Shown here: positions 13,415 to 32,197 of the stretch, one piece after another
Layout of the letters: each line of letters begins with the position of its first letter
Numbering within the stretch: the first letter of the stretch is position 1
Assembly (NCBI RefSeq): GCF_009914755.1
Contig: NC_060933.1
Direction: 5' to 3' (one strand)
Length of the DNA: 64,000 bases
Source of the DNA: the human T2T-CHM13v2.0 reference genome, Homo sapiens
Notes under the pieces: generated by a model
Database searches by the model: none
What the model was told of the DNA's origin: nothing
What the model saw: only the letters and a program-made list of their open reading frames with translations
Made by a program: the position numbers and the translations under genes

Positions 13415-14270
13415 AGTATTCACTCAGAATTCATATACAGGCACTGTTCTATACCCTGGATTACAGTAGTAAACAAAATTGTGAAGAGAATTTTCCCCCG
13501 AAGTGCTTACATTCTAATGGAGGGAGTAAGACACATATGGCAAAGAGAAAGTATGTCAGATATTGGTGAGTGTTGGAGAAGGGAATGTATTTTGAGACAT
13601 GGACAGTTGCAATTTTAAAGAAAGTTGTTGGGAAGGCCATATTAGAAGGTGATATTTGAGCAAATTGTTGAATGGTATGAGGCAGCTATCCCTGCACATA
13701 TACGAGGGAAGAGCATTCTATGCAGAAAGAAAAGTCCTAGGCTGAGAAACGGTCTTGAGTGGCAGAGGCACAGTGAGGATTATAGCTGGAGCAGAAAGAA
13801 AGAGGAAAGTTATGGAGGCAATGGAGGGAGAAAGGAAAACCAACAGTGAGGAAGGAAAAACGAGCAAGGAAAGGTCCCATTTATATAAAGACCTTTAGGC
13901 TGCTATAAGAATTGTGGCTTTATTCTTAGTGAGATATGAAGCAGAGGGTTTTGAGGTGAGGAGTGATGTGACCTGACTTCATTTCGGAAGGTTCAGTTTG
14001 TGCTGTGAGCAGTGTTGAGTGTGGATGGAATAAAAACAGATTAGGTAGAAGGCCCTTTCAATAATCCAGGCAAAACCTAATGGTGGCTTAGACTGGAGCA
14101 GCAGCAGAGAAGGGTGTAGGATAAGGTTAAGTTCTAGGTACATTGAGATTGTACATCTCACAGGATTCTCTGATGAACTGGATATGACTGTGAGAGTCAA
14201 GGATGACTCCCATCTTACCTGAGAAACTGGAAACATGTCACCGTCATACCCTGTGCTGGAGAACACTGAG
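13415..14270 (-). mobile_element. LINE-2
   Basis: CAGGCACTGTTCTA...CTTACATTCTA...GGTGATATTTGAGC...GAGTCAAGGATGACTCC. Confidence 0.85.
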
Positions 14271-17200
14271 TAATATGTGCTGGGGCTCAGACAGAGGTTA
14301 AATACTATCAGCAGAGAGGACAAATACAAAATATTGGATCACAGCTTTTTAAAATTGTTCTATGTTACAGGGAAGTTGCCACTTAGCTTAAGATCATGTG
14401 TCTCTATTATATGACCAGAGATATTGACTAAGCCTCATATCCAGCAGTGAGATTTAAAAGGTAGTGTTTTAAGTGTGTAAATGCAAACATATAATCTTTC
14501 ACATATAGTTGGTATTAGCCTTAATAGAGACTAAAGATTATTTTTATGCACTGAAGAAATAATGTCTTTATTCATTCACCTCTATTTTACAATTTTTAAC
14601 AGAATATTGAAAATATAAACAGTTGTTTAACTCATGAATTCCCTAATTGTGCTTTTCTGCTGAGGATGTTGGCCTGCTTTCTACCTTTATCTGAGGTAGT
14701 TCTATAAAATTCCATTTATTGCAGGGGAGTATGGCCAATACAACTAAATGGACAGCTGTTCATACTGGTTTAAAATACATTATAATCAAAAGCTTTTAAT
14801 AAATGTCTATGTTTTTTCAAAGCAAAGATTATAGACTATTAAATGGGCTTAAATAGACAGGTCAAGAAAAGATCAGCCAAAGGTTTTGCCTCCTTCCTTG
14901 TGTGCTGTCGACCTACAGCATAACCCAGTCTCTCTATGGGTCTCTCAAACAGACATTTTTCACAACTAAAGGCCTCATCTCCAAATCTATAACCCTTAGA
15001 ATATCTAAACTCTAGTTATATTATACAGCATTCTTAAAATGATGAATATAAATAAATTAATTCATTCATTAGAATTGTGGTAACTGAACATAGTTACAAG
15101 AAAATATTATTTTGATGTAAATATAGCATGGATCTTTGCAGATATTAAACTATAATATTATAAATCTTTACAAAGATATTCTGAGTAAAATTCTGCCATT
15201 GAAGTTATCAAAGTTCTGAGGCTACAAAAATTCCTAGGAATAAGTCTATTGCATGAGAATTCAAATACCCTACCTATCTAATGAACACCAGATCATATAT
15301 GGAAGGAACTCCTGTGAAATAATTACCAACTGACCAATTTTATTAACAAATAAAACTAAAAAAGAATTTAGATTTATTAGGTTGCATAACCGACTATATA
15401 TATGGCTTACACCTGAGTGTTGTAATTTTTTTAAGCAGGGATTCTTTTTGGTGAGGATTTACGAGACGTTTTATTTTCTCCTTTGAAAAGTATTGATTTT
15501 GAAAGCTTTATAAATAAACAGCACTGACCTATCTATTCTTGAATCATTGAGAGTAGGTCACCTGTGGACAGCAAATGATTTTCATTTCCTGGAGGTAAAT
15601 TTTATTGAAGAGAAAGCAAAAGAAAGGGAAAGCTTAATTTATAATGCCAAGTGAGATTACTGAAATTCAGCATTTTAAAAACTTCTGCTCTATAGGGTTT
15701 GAGAAAGCACTAGCTCCTAAACTGAAATGAATAGGCTGGTTCTGTTTAATCAGACAGAAATTTTATAAAATGGCCATTAGTAAGGAAAATTACAGGAAAT
15801 AGAAACATATCATCCATCATCATACCAGTTACATTTCTTATTTGACACTGATTTTAGTAAATGAAATATGCAATTTAAAATAACGAATCATTAAGAATAT
15901 GGAAAAATTCTTCCGAGTAAAAAAGAGGTTACAAAAAAGACAAAATAAGGTCCTCATTATTAGTAAACATACATGTAATAAAAATGAATAGAGCTAAATA
16001 CATTAAGGTAAAAAAAAGGTCAACTGATCTTTGGGTAAAGAGATACTGACTTTTTTTTTCTACTTTTGTGTATTTCCTGAATTTATCTCTTCACTATGTA
16101 TAACTGGTTTTGGAAATAAAAATGAAAAAAATTACAAAATGTCCTGCGAAATTTGGTAGTAAAATGAAACAAATCTCAGGATATTGTAATACATTGAAAA
16201 ATGATAAATTTTAAGAAAAGTTTAAAAAATAAAAACCCTTTGTCCCACAGAAAATGAGTTTTTGATTTATAAATGAAGAAAGCTAATATAATCAGTGTTA
16301 CGTGGGGTTATTTATATTTATACATATTTATGCTAAAATTTATATTCTGATGAAATGTTTTTTAAAGTTTCTACAAGGGAGAACTAGAAATCTATATAGA
16401 TTACAGTGGGGGAGGTGGAATTCACTAGAAGTTAACTGGAAGGAAAACAAGAATACAGGTAAAAGTATCATTTCAAGGACATCAGATTTTAGTATTTTAC
16501 AGTAAATAAAAGGAAAAATATACATATTTTGAAAAATGTAAAATATTCATAAGGGACAAGAGAAGAAAGTCTTCTTTCACCACATTGACATTTTGGCCTA
16601 CAATTATATTGTATTTAGTGAAATAAACTCTCTCCCAATTGTAAGTAAAGTTACAAATGAAATACATAAATTTGATAACAACTTTGGATGTTTTTCCAGG
16701 TACAGGATCTGTACTGTTCAACTGAAGTCTAATTTTTGTATATATTAGAATGAGTAACTATCATTGGAAGTTTGGCATTAAAAAAAACAGTAGATTGCCA
16801 GAAGTTAAATTTTTAGGCTATACAAATGGGAGCTGTTTCCATCAAAACTGCCAGAGACGTGTTCGGACAAAAAAATAGCTCCAATTTCCTGGGTGTGGAG
16901 AGGCTATCACAGGCTCACATATTATATGCTAACTCGAATTTGCAAAGCAATCTGAGAAGCACCAAATTGCTGTAATAAGAAAAGGTGACATTTGTACAAT
17001 CTCACAGTCTTTTTATGTATTCTGTTCCTAGAATAAGATAATAGAGGTCTATTTTCTGTCTCTTCCAAACCCTGTCATAAGGGAGAGCTACTAGCACACA
17101 TGAGTGCCCAATAGGTCATATGAGGAACAACTGGGTGACATCGTATATGTTGACGTAAGGACAGCTCAGTCTGGCATGATTAAACTTCTGAAAACATATT

Positions 17201-17314
17201 ATTCATCTTTATTTAGGGCCATAAACTACTCAATATGGATCCCATTTCAGTGTGTACATTTTATTTACATAATTCGGCCCAAATTTGATTTTAAGTATGT
17301 CAAAAACTGATCAA

Positions 17315-17550
17315 GGCCCATGGGGTAAAACGTTAGACCTGCATTTATATCCTACTTCTTCCACTTATTAACCAAGTGACCCTAGTAAATTCACTTAACA
17401 TTATTGGGCCTTATCTCCTTCAACTTTACCATAGAAATTATGACTTGAGCCTCACAGGATTTTATGAGGTTTATATGAGCTCACATGTGAATGAAATATA
17501 CTAGCATAAATCGGGCATAGGAAAAGACAGGTAAGATAATAAGTGTTAGT
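17315..17550 (+). mobile_element. MIR
   Basis: CCACTTATTAACCAAGTGACC...CCTCACAGGATTTTATGAGG. Confidence 0.65.
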
Positions 17551-18146
17551 CCATTCATTCCTTGTTAGGAATCTACATTTGCATCCTTTCATCTACTACA
17601 ACACTCTGAGAGATGTAACATATTTCCTTTAGGCTGAGCCATTTACTGTAGCAGTGATTCTTACAATGAGTGTTGGGGACTGATGTCCCTAGCAAAGAAT
17701 ATTAAAGTCAGAGAGAGGCTAGGTTGAGGCAATAAAGATGACAGTTTGAAAAAGTCCCAAAGATTATTCTTAAATGTCCCACTCTTAGGGGGAACTCTTG
17801 AAATCATTTTGGTGGACTAATTCAGTTAAAGGTAATGACACTGAATAATAAATATGAACCTAGGGTAGGAAAAATATTCCTATTTTTAGGGTATTACAAA
17901 CAAATGCTGCAATGGATATCTTTTTTTAAATTTTATTATTATTATACTTTAAGTTTTAGAGTACATGTGCACAACGTGCAGGTTACATGTGTACACATGT
18001 GCCATGTTGGTGTGCTGCACCCATTAACTCGTGTCGTCATTTAGCATTAGGTATATCTCCTAATGTTATCCCTCCCCACTCCCCACACCCCACAACAGTC
18101 CCCAGTGTAGGATGTTCCCCTTCCTGTGTCCATGTTTTCTCATTGT

Positions 18147-21837
<3,691 letters not shown>

Positions 21838-21884
21838 TTATTTACTCGTTAGTTGATGCAGTTTCTTCCTAGCCTTGATGGTCT

Positions 21885-22059
21885 TTACAATTTGGCATGT
21901 TTTCGCAGTGGCTGGTACTGGTTGTTCCTTTCCATGTTTAGTGCTTCCTTCAGGAGCTCTTTTTGGGCAGGCCTGGTGGTGACAAAATCTCTCAGCATTT
22001 GCTTGTTTGTAAAGTATTTTATTTCTCCTTCACTTATGAAGCTTAGTTTGGCTGGATAT
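21885..22059 (-). pseudogene. L1 ORF1p C-terminal remnant
   Basis: Translation YPAKLSFISEGEIKYF...LRKHAKL* matches the ORF1p C-terminal domain and is followed by a ~62-nt inter-ORF spacer. Confidence 0.93.
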
Positions 22060-22309
22060 CTTTTCAAGTGGAATCACTTGGTCAAAGAGTAATGCACACT
22101 CTCCATTTTGAGAAACCTTTTAATATTACCCCACAAAAAATACCAGTTTAGAGTCTCACAAAATATGAAGACTTTCTTCTTCTACATCTCTGCAAACACT
22201 CAATGTTATGTATCTTTAATTGCCACTATCTCTGATGCCATGCTCAATCTGACAGTTTATGTTCCTTAGCCATCAAATTGTATTTTTGGAACTAATAGTT
22301 TTCACAGAG

Positions 22310-22545
22310 GCTGTATAGTACAAAGGTTAAAGACATGGACTGAAGACCTGGACTTTCTCAGTTCAAATACCTGTTCTACCTCTTTTTAGGTGTGTAATCG
22401 TGGACAAGCTACTTAAACTCCCAGTGCCTCAGAATCCTGCTAAATTTGGTGAGAGAAATAAGTCAATTTAAGTGACTTTCTATAATTTATATGCAAAGAA
22501 GAGTACCTAACACCTAGAAACCTTGTAGAAATGCTTGTTATTAGT
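22310..22545 (+). mobile_element. MIR
   Basis: GGTTAAAGACATGGACT...GGACAAGCTACTTAAACTCCCAGTGCCTCAG. Confidence 0.7.
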
Positions 22546-22548
22546 ATT

Positions 22549-23005
22549 TGTATTAGTTTCTTAGTGCTGCTGTAACAAATCGCATACTACATAATTAGTG
22601 GCTTAAAGCAATAGAAATTACAATTCTAGAGGCCAGAATTCTGAAATGAGTCTTATGGGGCTAAACTCAAAGGGTATTCAGGACTGGTTCTTTCTGGAGT
22701 CTCCCAGGGAGAATTAATTTCTTGTCTCATCTAACTTTTGGTGACTGTCAGCATTCCTTGACTTATGGTCACCTCACTCCAATCTCTGATTCTGCCAGCA
22801 CATTGCCTTCTGCTCTTCTCTAATGAAATCTCCATTTCCTTCTCTCTTATAAAGAAATTTGTGATTACATTAGAGCCTATCAGGATAATGTCTTCATCTG
22901 GAAATCTTTAATTGCTTTTGCAAAGATTTGACTATGCAGGGTGAAATTCACAGGTGCCATGGTTTAGGACTTGGAAATCTCTGGGGACTTTTTTCAGCCC
23001 AGCCC
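22549..23005 (-). mobile_element. MLT1D-like MaLR LTR
   Basis: TGTATTAGTTTCTTAGTGCTGCTGTAACAAAT...CTGAAATGAGTCTTATGGGGCTAAA... Confidence 0.8.
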
Positions 23006-24349
23006 AGTGCTCTTTTACATTTTATATTGGAATACTTGCATTATTTTCATGTATTTGTTAATTTTTTATATATTATGGACATTATATTTTATCAATTATA
23101 TATAATGCAAATATTTTCTCTTAATGTGTCTTTTAATTTGGCTTACGGTAGCTTTCATAATACAGGCATTTTAATGAGCTTATCATTTATTACAATTAAC
23201 ACATCTACTAGATGGAAATAAATTAAGAAAAATGGTACATCCATATTATGGAATTGTACGCAACCATAAAAATGTGCATCTAAATATTAACCTAAAAATA
23301 TTCCAGAAATATTAAGTGACGAAAAAGACAGATTTTATGTAAAGTATTCCATCATATATATAAAATGATAGACTGCAAAATTCTAGATAGCTGCCAAGGG
23401 GGACAGGAATAGGAGGTAAAATAAATAAACTGTTACTTTTTAATCTATATTAGTTCTATTTAAAACTTTTTATAAGGAATATAGTTATATGTAATTTCTA
23501 TAATTAAATTTTTAAAACAGGAACATTAAAGTCAAAACAAAATTATATTTAAGGTGCTATAGAATTTCAAAAGAAGAAGATAATTACTTATTTCTGGGAA
23601 AATTGAAAGGAGCAACATTTGAGAAAATAAAAGCAGTTTTAACTATAACATAAAGTAAAAGCATATTCCAGAAAGTAGTTTAATAGGATGAAGCTGAATG
23701 AGGGTAATAAAGTAAGGTAAAGTAAAGGGAAATAATGACGAAATGCTTCCACTGAATTAAGTCTTAGAAGGCCTTAATGTAAGACAGTTTACATTTATTT
23801 CTCCCAGGTTAAAACCCTCAATACGTTGTAACAAATGGACAAACTCTGACTGTTCAGAGTATTGCCAAGTTTACCTAAGCTCTTGTAAAACAATGCATAT
23901 ACAAAGAACAAGGCACCAGCCTGAGAGTGCCCCAGGGCCATCTTTGTCTTACATTGGGCAAGGTCTGAAACATCACCATTTTCATCTTTCAAGTCTCCTA
24001 AATGCTCTCATGGTCTTAAGACCAATCATGAAAGAAATTATTGTTATTAATATCCTACCTGCTTATCAATAACAATAACAGAAGGGACAAAGAAATTTGA
24101 ATTTGGCTTGATATAAAAGACTTTTTAAAGAATTGGATATCATGAGCAAAAATATCATAGAGATTCAGTCATGCTCTCAATTACTAGAACTTTTTTTTAC
24201 AAAATAGAACAGATTAAACATAGGTCTATAACCAAACTCTGTGTGTGTATGTGTATGTGCGTGTGTGTGTTGGCACATGTGTTTCAAACAAAACTTGAAA
24301 GAAACATTTTTGTTAATATCATAAATTTTCTACATCATACTGAAAGACA

Positions 24350-25146
<797 letters not shown>

Positions 25147-26604
25147 ATGTCTGTCAGGATTTAAAGGCCATTCTCCTTGTAAAGAAGGTAGTGTTAAGAC
25201 ATTTTCATAATATAAAGCGCAAGAAAATGAGAACTTGCTCATCATTATTATTTAGTAGATCTTAACATTCTACTATACCATGATTCCTTTTGATTATGTT
25301 ACGTATTTCAGTGTTAAAAACCATTGAATAATTTGTGTTGAGTGTATGGGCTTGAAAAAAGTCTTCATTCAAAATCATTTTTCTACTATAATCTATATGT
25401 ATAGGATAGGTAAAATTGTTTTCTCTATGGCAAACAAATGCCTGGATGACCACTAATGCAAGACTGTTTGCTCAGGTTTGAGCTGCCTCAGTTTCACCCT
25501 CCTATAAAATTTGACTTTGGCTATAGACAACTTAATCAGTGATTACTAAAAACCAAACCTTCCTCCATCAGTCAAATTATCCTTTAAATTACAACATGCA
25601 TGCAATTATTTCATGAAATGTATTGACCTACATAGTGTTTAGGACTAGGAATTAAATTTCACCTTTGAGCCCAAGCCCATTAACTTCACTTAAAAGAAAT
25701 TTGGTGATAGGTATTTAATTACTGATATCCTACAGAAATTGACATTTAATAAAGTGAAACATTTCCTAAACACTGAAGAGCTTTAAGATATGAAATGAAA
25801 CAGTCTATGTCTTGAAAATGAATCCAGTCTTAAAAGGAAAAAAACATTAATAGAGTCATGTTCAAAAGCTTTTAATAGGACTGTAAGACTGAAATAGAAC
25901 CCCTCGGGTCTCTTATTATAAAGCAGTATAACATTTTGTTCACAGTCTCAGGATGAAAAAAGAAAGGCGGGATCCAATGAAACACCAAGTTATACATAAA
26001 ACATAATGTGGAAAATATATATCCTTTAGTATTCAGTAACTTTCTCAGTAATCCCATCTTAATAGACACTAAGAAAATTCCAAAAAATTTGGGCTAGGAG
26101 ACCAAATCTCAGATCTATATTCTAGGGAGCACTCAATATAAAAACTGAAAATTTTAAGTCTCTTGTCTGCAGGGAATGTGGAAATTTTTAAAAAGCATCA
26201 TCAAGCTAAAGGAAGAATTTGGCTGGAGAATTGATGTTGGCTATGGCAACATATATTTTTTTTTAATTTCAAAAGGAGTTAAAACAATTTTAAAATAAAA
26301 CATATAAAAACATCCAGTTATAAGGTTTTTATGCATAAACTAATCATGTATGCAAATACATGTCCATACATAGATATATATGAATACAGTATCTTTGTGC
26401 ATTTAGTATAGACATTGAAATTACTATAACTATATAAGGAACAAAACAGTAGTCCTCCATGAACAAAAAATACGTCTTGTGCTAATTCTTCCTGGTATAG
26501 AATGCCACAAATAAGATGTTTTCCTGTGATTATCAACAATTTTCATCAAGCATCTTAAATTAAAACATTAATATTTGTCAGCAAGTGAGGATCATAGAAA
26601 AATA

Positions 26605-26800
26605 ATAATATTAATTTGTTGAGAACTTAGTATGTGCTAAGTCCTTTATATACATCATCTCATCCATATATACAACTCTGTAAGTTTGGCATTATTATTG
26701 ATCCTATTATCAGAGAAACAGAGGCTTTATTTGGATATTTGTTTAAGGCCACATGGCCAGCAGAGCCATAATCCAACCCCCAGCTTTACATAAAACTAAA
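26605..26800 (-). mobile_element. MIR
   Basis: TTGAGAACTTAGTATGTGCTAAG...GAGAAACAGAGGCT...AAGGCCACATGGCCAGCAGAGCC. Confidence 0.7.
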
Positions 26801-27081
26801 GCTTCTGGAATGGATGGATGACTATGAAAAATCCCTTCAGACATTGACTACAAACAGCTTAACAGTGGCCCAGTTAAGCGGAAAAATGTTGGCACAGATG
26901 AAACAAGGTGGGTGGTGGGGGCTCAGGGGGTGGTAAAAGTAGCTACAGGAAGTGAGAGAAGTACCACAGTTGAGACACGGCAGGGTCATACCTATTAGGC
27001 ATACTTCTTAAAATAATATTTTAACTCTCAAGAAGAAAGCACCTCTCTAGAAGATTTTTGTTTTGTTGTTGTTTCTTAAGA

Positions 27082-30000
27082 CTATTTTTTTTTAAAGAGT
27101 AGTTTTAGGTTTACAGCAACATTGAGAGGAAAGTACAGAGATTTCACATATACTCCCTCTCCCACATATGCACAACCTCTCCCATCATCAGTATTTCTCA
27201 CCAGACTGATATATTTGTTACCGATAATGAACCTCCATTAAAACATCGTTATCCAAAGACCACAGTTCACATTAGGGTTCGCTCTTGGTGTTATACACTT
27301 TATGGATGTATATTACAGAGTAGTTTCACCACCCCAAAATCCTCTATGCCCCACCTAATCCACACTGCAACCCCTGGCAACCACTGATCGTTAAATATCT
27401 CCATAATTTTGGCTTTTCCAGAAAGTCATATAGTTGATAATACAGTATATATCTTTTTCAGATGGCCTTTTTTTCACTTACGAATACACATTTAAGTTTC
27501 TCCATGTCTTTTCATAGCTTGACAGATCATTTCTTTTTAGCAGTGAGTATTCCATTGTCTGGATATACCACAGTTTATCCATTCACCTAGTGAAAGACAA
27601 CTTGATTGCTTCCAAATTTTGGCAATTATGAATAATGCTGTTATAAACATCTGTGTGCAGGTTTTCTTTGAACATGTTTTCAACTCATTTGCATAAATAC
27701 TATGGAGATTGTTGCATCATATGGTAAGAGTATGTGTAGTTTTGTAAGAAACTGCAAGCTTTCTTCCTAAGTAGCTCTACCATTTTATAAGTCTACTAGT
27801 AATGAAGCAGAATTCCTCTTGTCCCATATCCTAGCTAGCATTTGGTTTTGTCAGTGTTCTGGGATTTTTACATTCTAATAGGTGTGTAGTTGTATATCAT
27901 TGTTGTTTGAATTCACATTTCTCTAATGACATATACTGTGAATCACCTTTTCATATGCTTAATTGCCATCTGTATATCTTCTTTTCTGATGTATCCCTTA
28001 AAATCTTTCACCCACTTTTTAACTTTTTCCTATTGTTGATTTTTAAGTTTCTTATATATTTTGGATAACCGCTCCTTATCAGATGTATCCTTTGTAAATA
28101 TTTTCTTTTTCCATTCTGTGGCTTATCTTCTCATTCTCTTGACATTGTATTTGAAAATCAGAAGTTTTTTATTTTAATGAAGCCCAGCTTATCAATTATT
28201 TCTTTCATGTTCTGAGTCTTTGGTGTTATAATTAAAAAGTCATTGCTATATTTTGTCATCTAGAATTACTCCCGTTTTATTTTCTCTGAGTTTTATAGTT
28301 TTGCATTTATGTCTATGATCCATTTGAGTTAAAAATTTTTGTGAAGGGCATAGGTCTATGTTGAGATATATATATATGATATATATTTGATATATTTTAT
28401 ATATATATATATATTTGCCTGTGAATGTTCAGATGTCCCTCTCCCATTTGTTGAAAGGATTATCTTTACTCCATTGTATTGCCTTTTCTCCACCGTCAAA
28501 AACCATTTAATTGTATTTATGTGGGTCTATTTCTGGGCTCTCTATTCCATAAAAATGATCTACTTTCCTATTCTTCATCCAATACCATGCAGTCTTGATT
28601 ACTGTGGCTTTGTATTAAGTGTTCAAGTCAGGTAATATCAGTCCTCCAACTTTGTTCTTCTCCTTCAACATTCTGTTTGCCATTCTGGATATTATTTCTC
28701 TTTATATAACTTTAGAATCATTTCGTCAGTATCCATAAATTAACCTTCTGAAATTTTGATTGGGATTGCATTGAATCTACAGATGAAGTTGGGAAGAACT
28801 GACATCTTGATATTATATCTTCCTATCCATGGACATGAAATATATTTCCACATATTTGGTTTTCCTTTGACTTCTTTTGTTATAGTTTTGTAGTTTTCCT
28901 CATATAGATCATTTATTTTTTGTTAGATTTCTACCTACTGTTTATTTCTGAAGTGTGCTAATGTAAGTGTTATTTTGTTTTTATTTTCAAATTCCACTTG
29001 TTCATTGTTGGTATATAGGAAAGCAATTACCTTTTGTATCTTAACCTTGTATATGGAATCTTGTTTTAGTTGCTTATTAGTTCTAGGAGTTTTTTGATTC
29101 TTTTGTATTTTTGCATAGAAAATCATCTTATTTGCAACAAAGATATTTTCATTTTTCTCTTTTCCCTTCTATATATTTTAATTTCGTCTTGTTACATTAA
29201 CTAGGACTTCAAATGTGGTGTTTAAAGGTGTAGCGAGATAGGGAATCCTTTCTTAGTTGAAAACCTTTGAGTGTCTTACCATTAAGTTTGAAGTTAGCTG
29301 TAGGTTATTTGTAGAGATTCTTTATCAAACTGAAGAACTCTCCCTATATCCCTAGTTTTACTGAGAGTTTTAATCATGCTAGACATCTCTCTAGACACTA
29401 CTTTCACTGCATCCCACACATTTTGATAAGTTGTGTTTTCATTTCATTTATTTCAAAATATATTTAAAATTGTCTTGAGATTTCTTCTTTGACCTGTGTG
29501 TTATTTAGAAGAATGCAATTTATTATTTATATATTTGTTTTTAATTTTAATTTTTGTGGGTACACAGTAGGTATATATACTTATGGGGTACATGAGATGT
29601 TTTGATACAGGCATGCAATGTGAAATAAGCCCATCATGGATCTCCTCATATTTTAGAATTTTCCAGTTATCTTTCTGTTATTGATTTATAGTTTGATTTG
29701 TGGTATGAAAGCAGACATTTCTTAACTTCTATTTTTAAAAAGTTTGTTCACGTGTGTTTCACAGCTTAGAATGTGGTCTATCTTAGTAAATGTTCCATGT
29801 GAGTTTGAGAAGAATTTTTTTTGCCATTGTTGGATGAAGTGTCTATAGATGCCAATTATATCCAATTGATGGATAGCGTTGTCAACAACACTATGTACTT
29901 GCCGATTTTCTACCTGACGTGTCTGACTATTTCTGATACAGGACTGTCGAAATCTCTATGATTGTGGATTCTTCCATTTCTCCTTATAATTCTATCAGTT

Positions 30001-30520
30001 TCTTCCTCTTGTATTAATAGTTTAACACTCTATTTTTAGGTGTATATATGTTAATAATTGTTACGTCTTCTTGGAGAATTGACCTTTTTATCATTATGTA
30101 ATGCTCTTCTTTATTCCTGATACATTTATTTGCTTTGAAATCTGCTTTGTCTGAAACTAATAATAGCTATTCGTATTTCTTTGGCTTAGTGTTAGTATGG
30201 CATATTTTTCTTCACTCATTTATTTTTAATCGATAAATGATTTTTATATAAATGTGGCTTCCCTATAGACAACATATAGTTGGGTCTTATATTTTGATCT
30301 ACTCTGACAATCTCTGTCTTTTAATTTGTGCACTTAGACCATTGTTCTTCAAAGTCATTATTGATATAGTTGTTTTAATACTATTAAATTTGTTACTATT
30401 TTTTTCTATTTCTTGTCCAAGTTCTTTGTTCTCATTTGTGTCCTTCACTCTTTTACTGCCTTGAGTAGTTTTAATTGTACATTTATACGATTCAATTTTC
30501 TCTCTTTTCTTAGTACATCA
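27082..30520 (-). mobile_element. Old L1 (L1MC1-like 3' end plus degraded ORF2), with an internal deletion near 29378 and a small L1MA 3'-end insert at ~29520-29640
   Basis: Starts AGTTTTAGGTTTACAGCAACATTGAGAGGAAAGTACAGAG and is colinear, at low identity, with the L1PA ORF2 found at 18-21.8 kb. Confidence 0.85.
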
Positions 30521-30527
30521 GTTATGC

Positions 30528-30819
30528 TTTTTTTTTTTTTTTTTTTTTGACAGGGTCTTACTTTGTCACCCGGCTGGAGTGCAGTGGCATAATCACAGCT
30601 CACTGCAGTCTTGACCTCTTGGGCTCAAGTAATCTTCTCACTATGGCCTCCTGTGTAGCTAGGACTATATGCATGCACCACCATACCCGGCTAATTTTTG
30701 TATTTTTGTAGAGACAGGGTTTCACCATGTTTCCCAGGCTGGTCTCCTGGGCTCAGCAACCTACCCACCTCGGCCTCCCAAAGTGCTGAGATTACAGGTG
30801 TGGGCCACCACGCTCAGAC
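30528..30819 (-). mobile_element. AluJ-type element
   Basis: Poly-T tail followed by diverged Alu arms with J-type features (CAGGGTCT, GGGCTCAAG). Confidence 0.9.
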
Positions 30820-30894
30820 AGCTACACTTGTAAAAAGTGTTTGTTTTTTTTTTGTTGTTTTGTTTTTTGTTTTTTTTTGTTTGTTTGTTTTTTA

Positions 30895-32197
30895 GTGGCT
30901 ACCATAAAGTTTGCAATATGAGTTTGCACTATAGCTTTGTTATGTATTTTGAAATCAGGAAGTGGGATCTCCAGCTTATGTCTTTTTTTCCCCAAGATTG
31001 CTTTGGCTATTTTGAATCTTTTGTGGTTCCATGTGAAATTTAGTATTGTTTTGACTATTTCTGTAAAAAAAAATCATTGGGGTTTTAATGTGGATAACAT
31101 TGAATTTATAGATCACTATAGGTAGTATGCACATTTTAAAAACACCAAATTCTCCAATCCATGAACTCAGGACATCTTTCCATTTATTTATGTCTCTTTA
31201 CATTTCTACCATCAATGCTCTGTAGTTTTCAGTATATGAGTTTTTCATTTCCTTGTTTAAGTTTATTCCTAAGTATTTTACTCTTTTTTGTGCTATTGTA
31301 AATGGGATTTTTTTCTTAATTTTCTTTTTGAATGATTCATTCTTAGTTTATAGAAACACAAGTAATTTTTATATGTTGATTTTATATATTACAACTTTGC
31401 TAAATTCATACATTAGTTCTGATAGATTTAGGGGAAAAACTTCTTGACATTGGTTTTGGCAATGACATTTTGGATATGATAACAGAAGCAGAGGCAACAA
31501 AGCTTATGCACAGCAAAGAAATAATCAACAAAATTAAAAAGGTCATCTACGAATGGGAGAAAATGTTTGCAAACCATATATATGATAAAGGGCTAATATC
31601 CAAAATATGTAAGAATCTCCTACTACTAAATAGCAAAAACACAAATAACCCAAATAGAAACTGGGCAAAGGGCTTGAATAGACATTTCCCCAAAGACAAC
31701 ATTCAAACAACCACAAGGCATATTAAAAGATGCAAAATCAAAATGAAAAATGAGATATCACTTCACATCTGTTAGGATGGTTTTATTGAGAAAGAGAGAG
31801 AGAGAATAAGTGTCCACGAGGGGACAGAGAAATTAGGACTCTTGCACATTGTAGGTGGGAATGTAAAACAGTACAGCTGTTATGAAAAACATTATGCAGT
31901 TTCCTTAAAATATCAAAAATAAAACTTATCATATGATTTGGTAATCCTACTTCTGGATATACATTCAAAGAATTGAAATGAGAATTTCAGAGATATCTAC
32001 CTCCCATGTTCATTGCAGAACGATTCACAATAGCCAAGACACAAAAACAACCAACCTAAATGCCCACCAATAGATAAATGGATAAATGAAAATGTTGTAT
32101 ATTTATATAATAGAATATTATGTTGCCTTATAAAAGAAGAAAATCTTGTCATTTGCAACAACATGGGTGAATCTGAAGGACATTATCTTAGGTAAAA
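30895..32197. mobile_element. Old L1M ORF2 fragment with internal inversion (minus 30895-~31428, plus ~31429-32197)
   Basis: The left part resembles antisense ORF2 (as at 19160-19680). The right part translates on plus to WEKMFANHIYDKGLISKI...LNRHFPKDNIQ (ORF2 C-terminal region). Confidence 0.8.
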
